Below, piece by piece: positions 35,629 to 43,300 of a DNA stretch of 64,000 nt. The notes beneath the pieces were generated by a model that had not been told where the DNA came from, did no database searches, and worked only from the letters and a program-made list of their open reading frames with translations. Position 1 is the stretch's first letter. The number at the start of each line of letters is the position of its first letter. The stretch is from positions 96,001-160,000 of the forward strand of contig OZ253462.1 of NCBI GenBank assembly GCA_965261395.1. Direction: 5' to 3'. Made by a program: the position numbers and the translations under genes. This stretch comes from Candidatus Latescibacterota bacterium. Lineage in GTDB: Bacteria > Latescibacterota > UBA2968 > UBA8231.

Positions 35629-36591
35629 CTAATAGCTCACCAAATCGACGTAGGCCGGCTCGATTTGGCGCACCTCAAAAAGCGCTGTTTCCGCGCTGTG
35701 CACCGGCAGTGTACTCCCCTGATATTCGGCGTAATCCACGTATAGCTCGATGTCGCGAGTTGGATCCAGCCCGGTGATCACGCTGACCCCGCCGCGCACC
35801 TTGACCTGGGCGGTGGCTGGCTCGGGCCGCAGACGCGACGCGCCGGCATGGCGCACGGCAATCGGCACTCCGATTAAATCGTCTTCGGCCAACATCTGCA
35901 CGGCCGCGCGCAGGCGCACGGCCCCAGGCACAAACGCCAGTTGCATGCGCTCGGGGTGCCGCAAGGACTGCTCCACGTCCACGTCTTCTGTAACATCCTG
36001 CAAGACCAGCGAATCCGTCTCCACATAACGCAATGCAGCGACCTGCTGCCGGGGGCCGATCACCCGGACGAACGCGGGATCGGCTTGCAGCGGCGTCACC
36101 TGTACGTGGGCCGCGGCCACGGCTAACTTCGCCTGCACCCGCACCGGCACAGCACGTTCCAGCCTCGGCGCTAGGGTGATTGCTAGCTCTTTTGGTTCGA
36201 GGATTTCCTTGACTTCAACATCCAAGTCGGTCGCCCGTTTGGTGATTTGGGAAGGAGTCAGGCTGTGGATCCGATACCGACCTTCGGCCCGCAGCTTCAA
36301 GATGAAGGAGTCGTCGTCCAAGTCAAACAGCAGGTCCTTGCCCCCTCCCGTGACCAAGACGCGGACCGTGGGAGGCACCTCACTGGCCAGCACCAGATCC
36401 CCTTCCGCGCCCTCGCCCGGTGGCGGCACTTCGACCCGGAGGCGCACTGCAATTTCCTTATCGTAGTACTTCTCTGTAACCGCGTGCAGCCACAGCGCAA
36501 AAGATAGGACCAGTGCTCCAGCCCTGATTCCCCAACTGCTTATACTGATGTTGGCCAACAAGGGACCCCATAAGCAGAAGAGGCTCCGCAA
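35629..36591 (-). CDS. YbbR/CdaR-like membrane-anchored repeat protein
   Basis: N-terminal TM ending ALWLHAV, then three YbbR-like units (P..VRVLVTG, P.FVRVIGP, P..AQVKVRG). Start uncertain. Confidence 0.75.
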   Translation of the reverse strand: MRSLFCLWGPLLANISISSWGIRAGALVLSFALWLHAVTEKYYDKEIAVRLRVEVPPPGEGAEGDLVLASEVPPTVRVLVTGGGKDLLFDLDDDSFILKLRAEGRYRIHSLTPSQITKRATDLDVEVKEILEPKELAITLAPRLERAVPVRVQAKLAVAAAHVQVTPLQADPAFVRVIGPRQQVAALRYVETDSLVLQDVTEDVDVEQSLRHPERMQLAFVPGAVRLRAAVQMLAEDDLIGVPIAVRHAGASRLRPEPATAQVKVRGGVSVITGLDPTRDIELYVDYAEYQGSTLPVHSAETALFEVRQIEPAYVDLVSY

Positions 36592-36652
36592 AAGGGGGCC
36601 TCTTCTGGTGATCTACTGCTTTTACCGCGTGCCAAAGGCGAAGACGGGACCG

Positions 36653-36847
36653 TTACTTAAACGACTTCTTGAGCTCTTCGCCGATACTCAACTCGCCGTT
36701 GTCTATTCTCATGTGGTATCCGCAACTTGGATTCGTGCAGACCCAGGCCTTGTAGTGAATGGCCGCGCCGTCCCTGCCATAGTCGGAAAGCGGAATTAAA
36801 ACGCCTTCTTTGCACTTCAAACAATCGGGAAATTCAACCTTTTCCAT
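36653..36847 (-). CDS. Small zinc-ribbon-like hypothetical protein (64 aa)
   Basis: MEKVEFPDCLKCKEGVLIPLSDYG...KAWVCTNPSCGY...; strong RBS GGGAGG. Confidence 0.8.
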   Translation of the reverse strand: MEKVEFPDCLKCKEGVLIPLSDYGRDGAAIHYKAWVCTNPSCGYHMRIDNGELSIGEELKKSFK

Positions 36848-36924
36848 CCGACCCTCCCTTCCGGTTTTAGCGTGCAGCCGCTCGGCCACGCTTCCATTCA
36901 ATGTACTCGCGCCGCCCTCCTATG

Positions 36925-37413
36925 TCAATCACAACGGGGGCGTCGCGTTTTTGCAAGATGCGCGGCATATTCATATACGGCCCGCTCTTGGGCGGCTGTC
37001 TCCACCGAGCCGGGGCGCAGACTCCGCACCTGGGTCAGGGCGTCCGCCGCGCTGCTGCCCTGACGCACCAAATAACTCGCCAACATCGTACCCGTGCGCC
37101 CCAATCCCGCGCTGCAATGGACCATCACGGGCCGTCCCTGCTCGACTGCCTCATCGACGAATTGGACAAACGCCCGTATATCCCCGAGCGCCGGCGGCTG
37201 CATATCCTGAATGGGCAAGTGCAAATACGCCATGTCGCGCGCCTCCACTTCGCGCACTTGCAGGGCGTTGGCGGTCAGCGACACAATCGCCTTGACGCCC
37301 TGCGCCGCCAGCAAATCGAGATCGCCCTCCAGCCGCTCCATTCCTTCCCAACCGCCAATCTGCCCAGCACCTGCCAACCGCCCTGCTAATAGCCAACCAA
37401 AATTGAACACCAT
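36925..37413 (-). CDS. Dual-specificity / PTP-superfamily phosphatase
   Basis: Active site VHCSAGLGRTG, IQDMQPP acid loop, VRSLRPGSVET..Q; start MVFNFGWL directly after moaE. Confidence 0.88.
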   Translation of the reverse strand: MVFNFGWLLAGRLAGAGQIGGWEGMERLEGDLDLLAAQGVKAIVSLTANALQVREVEARDMAYLHLPIQDMQPPALGDIRAFVQFVDEAVEQGRPVMVHCSAGLGRTGTMLASYLVRQGSSAADALTQVRSLRPGSVETAAQERAVYEYAAHLAKTRRPRCD

Positions 37414-37414
37414 C

Positions 37415-37855
37415 CTAGCGGCCTTCGCCGGCTGCCTGTGGCCCTTCAACCCAGCTCTCCCCCCCGACCCCCACTTCCTTCTTCCAGATCGGCACGATCT
37501 GCTTGAGTCGATCAATGGCGTACTGACACGCAGCCAACGCCTCGGCCCGATGCGGGCTAGCAACGGCAATTAACACGCTAATTTCGCCGATTTCGAGCTG
37601 GCCCACGCGGTGAATCATCGCCACATCCGCGACGCCCCACCGCGCCTTCAGCTCGTCGCCAATCTCGGCCATCTTGTTCTCGGCCATCGCCGGATACGCT
37701 TCGTACACCAAGTACTCGGTTTGCCGGTCCCCGGAGTGATTGCGCACCACGCCGGCAAACGTGGCCACCGCGCCATTTTCAGCGCGCAGCACGTCGGCAA
37801 ACAAAGCGCCGGGTTCAATTGGGTCTTCGGTAATTTTGAACACGTCAGCCCCCAC
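37415..37855 (-). CDS. moaE: Molybdopterin synthase catalytic subunit MoaE
   Basis: GAVATFAGVVRNH, YEAY, HRVGQL, SPHRAEAL, LKQIVPIWKKE. Confidence 0.95.
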   Translation of the reverse strand: MGADVFKITEDPIEPGALFADVLRAENGAVATFAGVVRNHSGDRQTEYLVYEAYPAMAENKMAEIGDELKARWGVADVAMIHRVGQLEIGEISVLIAVASPHRAEALAACQYAIDRLKQIVPIWKKEVGVGGESWVEGPQAAGEGR

Positions 37856-38090
37856 TTACAGGCGGAATAAGCGCCACCTCGTCGCCTGCTTTTAACACGG
37901 TATGCTTCCCCGTGTACTCGGCATTGACCGCAATCGACAACACCTGCTGTACCGCGGCCAGTTGCGGATACGCGGCCACCAGCTCGCGCTGCAAATCCGC
38001 GACCCGGTAGCCTTCGGCAATCTCCCAATCGCAGCTTTTGTGGCCGACGGCATCGCGGCAGGAAGCAAAAAATAAAACCTTTATTTTCAT
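37845..38090 (-). CDS. moaD: Molybdopterin synthase sulfur carrier MoaD
   Basis: MKIKVLFFA...AVNAEY...GDEVALIPPVSGG (C-terminal GG). Confidence 0.95.
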   Translation of the reverse strand: MKIKVLFFASCRDAVGHKSCDWEIAEGYRVADLQRELVAAYPQLAAVQQVLSIAVNAEYTGKHTVLKAGDEVALIPPVSGG

Positions 38091-38105
38091 ATCCAAGCGC
38101 AATAA

Positions 38106-38170
38106 CGCCGCGACCTTGCGACGGGTCGCGGCGACAAAAAGGAAATGGGACCCTTTTGAGGCCCCATTTC
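38106..38170 (-). terminator. Intrinsic terminator of the surface-protein operon plus a second GC hairpin
   Basis: GAAATGGGGCCT-CAAAA-GGGTCCCATTTC then CTTTTT (38170-38136), followed by CGCCGCGACC/GGTCGCGGCG stem (38106-38133). Confidence 0.8.
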
Positions 38171-38205
38171 ACAAACTAATTACTACTGTTTTTCCGCTGA
38201 GGAAC

Positions 38206-40254
38206 CTACCTGAGCAACACCATCTTGCGCTTAGCTACGTAGTCGCCGGCATGGAGCAAGTAAAAATACATGCCGCTGGCGACGCTAGCGCCGCTTTCGC
38301 TCCGGCCATCCCACACGGCTTGGTACTGACCTGCGGCCAGCGACTCGCCGTCAACCAGCTTGCGCACGACCTGACCCGCGATGTTGTAAATCGTCAGCGA
38401 GACGACAGCTTCGCTGCTCAGATCGTAGGGGATCGTCGTTTCCGGATTGAAAGGGTTGGGATAGTTTTGACTCAGCGAATTGGCCAACGGCCGGGCAGCT
38501 AGCGGCTTGGCCGCAGCCCAAGCCGCGCTGAAGTCAATCGTCAAGTCGAGGGTCTTGCCGGCAGCATTCTCCGTGGCAGTGCCCGCCGTAATGCTGAGGA
38601 AAGACACGAGCTCGGCGTCAACCTCAATCGACGAATTGCCGTCAGCATCGGTCGTATTGCGCACGAACGCGCTACCATGAGGGGGAATCGTGCCGATACC
38701 GAGCACGGACACCGACTCCGCGCTCCGGTTGTACACGTCCCACAAGATGGTCTGACCCTCGCCCGGATTGCCCCAGAGATCGGTGAAATTGACCGAGTAC
38801 TGGATCTCGCCGGGACTGCCGTCGTCAACCGCGCCCACGTCGGCCCCAGAAATCAACGCGTTGCCAACCAGCCGCGCGGTAGCGACTAGCACTGGATCCG
38901 GCCGGTTGAGGTACATGCTGCGACTCAACAACTCGGCATCCAAGTAATCGCGCACGCCGGACGACGGGCCGAGGGATACCTGGTGGACCACAATCTCCGC
39001 CTCGGTCTCCTCGGTAAAGTTGTCCGAGGTGACGAGGATGAAGCTCCCTATATGGGCATCGCCATCTACGGCATCGCTAATAACGACTGCGCCACCTCGC
39101 ACCTGATTCCCGGAGACTTCCACGCCCGGACCCGCCAGCCTAAACGCAGCAGAACCCGTAAACGTGGTTTTCTCTAGATCGAAGGCATCGGCGGGCGACA
39201 CCGTCACGGTGGCCTCAATCTGCTTCACGCCGGCTAGCCCGGCCGCCGACAGCACGACTGGGATTTTAGTACCCGGACCCGCGACTAGCTCGTTGAGGGC
39301 CTTGTCGTCGCTATTGAGGGAAACCTGCGAGACGAACATCAACTTGTCGGGATCTGGCACCGCCCAAGTGGCGTTGAAGTCAACCGCCAAGTCGATGGAA
39401 TCACCGACCGGATTTACAGCGGTCGTGCGCGCCCGAACGTCGAGCGAAGTCGCCGCGGCCTTTAAGTTGCCTTCGGAGTCGAACTGAACCACCGCATTGC
39501 CGGCGTCATCGGTCGCATTCCGCAGGCATACGTACACGCCGGAGGGCACCTCGCCGACACCGAGCAGATAGACCGACCGAGAACCCACATTCGTGATGTC
39601 CCAAGCAATGACTTGGCCCTTGGCCGGGGCACCATCATCGGTGAAATTGACCGAGAACTCGATCTCGCCGGGGCTGCCGTCCGCGGCCGCACCTGTGCCG
39701 ACCGAGGAATAGGCCGGGTTAAAGTCGAGCGGTGAGGTCGGCAACATATTCGGCGGAGGCACGGCCCAGTTGACGACAAACAGTCCCTCGGCACCAAGGA
39801 CATCCCGGTCCACAGATGACGACCCTATGGACACGCTGCTCACCACAAGCTCGGCCGGGGACTCCCTGCTAAAACTACTCGACATCGTGAGGGTAAAAAC
39901 ACCCAAAGCACCATCGCCATCTACCGCCTCGCCGAGAGTGGCCGCACCGCTTTTGATCTGCCCGTCTCCTAACAATTCCACACCGGGCGAAAAACCAAAA
40001 GCAGAGGTAAAGGTCGTCGCCTCCAGATCGAAGGCATCCGCGGGCAATACCGTCAGGATAACTTCAAACTGCTTTACCCCGACCATTCCAGCGGCCGACA
40101 GTGGCACCTGCACTTGTTCACCAGCACCGGCGGCGGCATGTTCCCCATCCAGCGAAATGACGACACTTGCGTTGTCCCCGGCGACAGCGGCACCACAGAG
40201 TGCGAGCAACAGGGCGATGGCAAGAGGAAACGTCTTGCGCACGCTGTTCTGCAT
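38206..40254 (-). CDS. Secreted 682-aa protein: (cohesin-like + Ig-like) x2 + T9SS/FlgD-type C-terminal domain
   Basis: Signal peptide; internal duplication (LSAAG..GVKQ.E...V.PADAFDLE.TTFT twice; DGSPGEI..SVNFTD...GQ.I.WD twice); NYPNPFNPETTI...SGMYFY...KMVLLR. Cohesin assignment is by pattern only. Confidence 0.8.
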   Translation of the reverse strand: MQNSVRKTFPLAIALLLALCGAAVAGDNASVVISLDGEHAAAGAGEQVQVPLSAAGMVGVKQFEVILTVLPADAFDLEATTFTSAFGFSPGVELLGDGQIKSGAATLGEAVDGDGALGVFTLTMSSSFSRESPAELVVSSVSIGSSSVDRDVLGAEGLFVVNWAVPPPNMLPTSPLDFNPAYSSVGTGAAADGSPGEIEFSVNFTDDGAPAKGQVIAWDITNVGSRSVYLLGVGEVPSGVYVCLRNATDDAGNAVVQFDSEGNLKAAATSLDVRARTTAVNPVGDSIDLAVDFNATWAVPDPDKLMFVSQVSLNSDDKALNELVAGPGTKIPVVLSAAGLAGVKQIEATVTVSPADAFDLEKTTFTGSAAFRLAGPGVEVSGNQVRGGAVVISDAVDGDAHIGSFILVTSDNFTEETEAEIVVHQVSLGPSSGVRDYLDAELLSRSMYLNRPDPVLVATARLVGNALISGADVGAVDDGSPGEIQYSVNFTDLWGNPGEGQTILWDVYNRSAESVSVLGIGTIPPHGSAFVRNTTDADGNSSIEVDAELVSFLSITAGTATENAAGKTLDLTIDFSAAWAAAKPLAARPLANSLSQNYPNPFNPETTIPYDLSSEAVVSLTIYNIAGQVVRKLVDGESLAAGQYQAVWDGRSESGASVASGMYFYLLHAGDYVAKRKMVLLR

Positions 40255-40290
40255 GGTTGCTTCTCCTTCTATTTATAAACCTGTTTTATA

Positions 40291-40336
40291 TAGTGAAATG
40301 GGACCCCAATTTGAGGTTTGAGGTCCCATTTCACTA
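40291..40336. other. Intergenic 15-bp perfect stem-loop without U-tract, homologous to the 38142-38170 terminator
   Basis: TAGTGAAATGGGACC-N16-GGTCCCATTTCACTA. Confidence 0.85.
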
Positions 40337-40356
40337 ACTCGCTGTACAGTGGGTGC

Positions 40357-43300
40357 TTACTTCAGCAACAGCATCTTCTTGATTTCGAGGAACTCTTCGC
40401 CCGCCTGCAAGCGGTAGAAGTACATCCCCGACGCCAAGCTGTGTCCGTTGTTGTTGGTCGCGTCCCACTCCACCACATAGCGACCGGCGCTCTGATGATC
40501 GGCAACCAGCATCCGCACCGGCTGACCTACTACATTATATACGGTCAGCTGCACGTCCGCCGCCTGCGGCAACGCATACTTGATCGTCGTCGCTGGGTTG
40601 AACGGGTTCGGATAGTTGTTCGCCAGCGCGAACGCTTCCGGCCGCGTCTGCAACTGCACCGGAGCCGGCAGGGCCAGACGATTGAAGCCAAACTCGCTGT
40701 CGTACGTCTGGTTGTCGGTGATCTCGACGACCGTGTTCTCGATCTCCGTGATAGCGCGGAAGACCAAGCTCAGCGGCACCTCGCCTACGGAGACCACGTC
40801 CCCGTAGGCGGCCACCGTCAAGACACCCGCTTGGTCAGCCAGCACCTGCGGCGTGGCCAACTCGCTGCCACTCAGCGGCTGATCGGTCAGCACCTCGACG
40901 AACTCCAGCTTGTCGGTTTCGTACTGCACCTGCAAGCCGTAGCCCTTGATCGCGGCAAAGTCTGCCACCCGCACGTCGAGGACAAAGTCCTCACCCACGA
41001 TGGGCATGACCGTCCGCGCGTCCAGATACATCCGCGCATCGGCATTCAAGCCCGCCAGCATCGGCACGCGCTTGCCAGCAGCAGCCGTGCTGCGACCGAA
41101 GTTGTCGGCAAAGACGAAGAAGTCGTCAAAGTCGATCGTCGCATTGGGTGCCAAGTCAAACGCCGGATCAAATCCAGCGTCTTCCGCGGTCAGCCCAAAG
41201 CTGTCGGCGAAGATGAAGAAGTCGTCGAAACCAATGCGGTTGTCAACACCGAACAGACCGAAGAGTGCGCGGCCTTCGCTATCCAGCACGCTGTTGCGAA
41301 CGGCCATCGCCGTCTGCTCGATGTCGGAACCGGTCTCGTTGTCCAAGTCGTAGGGCCGCACCTGATAGGTGTAGCGCACGCCGTTGAGCGCCGTCTCATC
41401 GACGAAGGACGTAATACCAGCGTCCACCTGTGCGACCGAGACGAACTCGTCTTCGCCCGCAGCGCGGCGATAGATGCCGTAGCCATGGACACCGACGACC
41501 TGCTCAAGCGCGGTCGGGCCAAAGGCCTCGGCAATGACGCCCTGCAAAAGCTGGTCAGACGGCGAAAGCGCCCAGGTCAGGAGGATCCGGCTACCCGCGT
41601 CGTTCGGCGCATCCAAGACGCTGAGCGACGGCACGGCCAACGGCGCGATATCGTCCGTAGCGCGAACCGGCTCTTCCGTCAAGGTAATCGCCGAGGACAG
41701 CACGCCTGCGACCAAGTTCAGCTTCGGAGCCACGCCCTGAGCGTATGCGAAGGCTTCCGGCAGCAGCGAAGCGAACACCGGTGCATCACCGGCTTGCGCC
41801 GCATCTCTGCTAGCCGTCATGGTCTCGGCCATCAGCTCGTAGGGGTTCTCAGCGTTGACGAACACGGCCTTAGCAGCACTGTGCGTGGTCTGACCACCGA
41901 GCTCGGCGGCAATGCCCCAGTTGGTGGCAACATTGTCGAGCGTGGCGACGACAGCGCGGCCAATCTGCACGCCAGGAACGGCGTCCACCATGGCCCAAGG
42001 AACCATCTCATTGCCCAGCACGGGTAGCTCGCGGAAGATGCGATAGCCGTCGATACCGTCGTGGTGCTCCGACAGGTCCCAAGTCAGCAGGACAAAGCCA
42101 CCTTGGTCCCCAGCGCCGTCAGCACCCTTGTAGTCTTCGGCCACCAACGCGTCGGGCGCATCCAGCGGAGGCTCGACGACCGCCACCAGGATCGGCAGCG
42201 AACGCGAAGCACCACTGCCGTCCGTAACCGTATAGGTAACGGCGACCGTCTCGCTCAACGTCGTGGGCGAGCCCGAAACCGTCCGCGTGTCCGGATCAAA
42301 CGACAGACCCGCGGGCAGCCCGGTCAGGCTGTAGGAGTAGGGCGGGGTTCCACCCTCGACCGCCGGTAGCGTCAGGCTGTACGGCTGGCCAACGACGATC
42401 TGGAGTACGCCATCCACATTTTCCTGCGCTGGATTGGCTTTGCCAGCGCCACTAGTGAACAGGCCGAGGAAGTCGCCAAAGGTCAACGGCGGGTTGACCG
42501 TGATGGTGAAGGTCAACGAGACGCTTTCGTCGCCGGCAGTCGCCGTGTAGGTGACCTCGGCGGCACCTTCAACATCGGTGGAGCCCGACAGCGTCCGCGC
42601 TTCCGCGTCAAACAACAGGCCAGCAGGCAACTCGGAGACGGTGTAGGCGATGTCGCCTTCACCGCCCGCAGCTACCGGCAGCACCACAGCACTCATCGGC
42701 GAACCTTTAGTGACTCCGACGTCGTCGATCATCATACCCTCGGCGAAGGCCAAATGATCCATCATCATGTCGTCGTCCATCGCCGCAATGTCGGTGATGA
42801 TGAGCGTTCCGGTGCCGTTTTCCAAACCTTCGATCACACCATTCAGCGTAATCGACTCGCTGTTCTCATCCGCGTCGTCGGCGAGGGGTGAAATGAGACC
42901 GTTTATCGAACCCGAGATCGCACCAGCCACAATCGTGAGCGTCGGATGGAACAGCATCCGGTAGTCCGAATCGCGCATGGCTTCCGAAGCAGGATCAACG
43001 GTGACGGTGACGGTCGCGTCGTCGTCCAGCACCTTGCCGTCCAAAGTCGCGGTGATCGTCAGTTCGGTAGCAGCGTCGCCCTCGGCCACCGTGTGCGGGC
43101 TAACCGACAGCGAGATGGAGGTGCTAGCGGTTTCGTCATCGGCGATCGTGGTATTCGTCGAGGCCGAACCACCGGAACCAGCGGCATGGACGCCGAACGA
43201 CCTGTTACCATCTGTTTCATCGTTGTTGATGGGCGTAAGGGTCAGCGTCGAGGAAGCTTGGGTCGCACCAGCCTCAATGGGAATGTTACCTAGCAGCGAT

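Noticed and set aside
38206-40640. Diversity-generating retroelement (TR/VR pair) in the two similar C-termini with downstream hairpins
   Set aside because: The two 3' ends differ at all base types rather than only at adenines, and there is no reverse transcriptase in the window.
40318-42027. 569-aa plus-strand ORF
   Set aside because: Antisense shadow of the giant surface gene, with no recognisable motifs or RBS.
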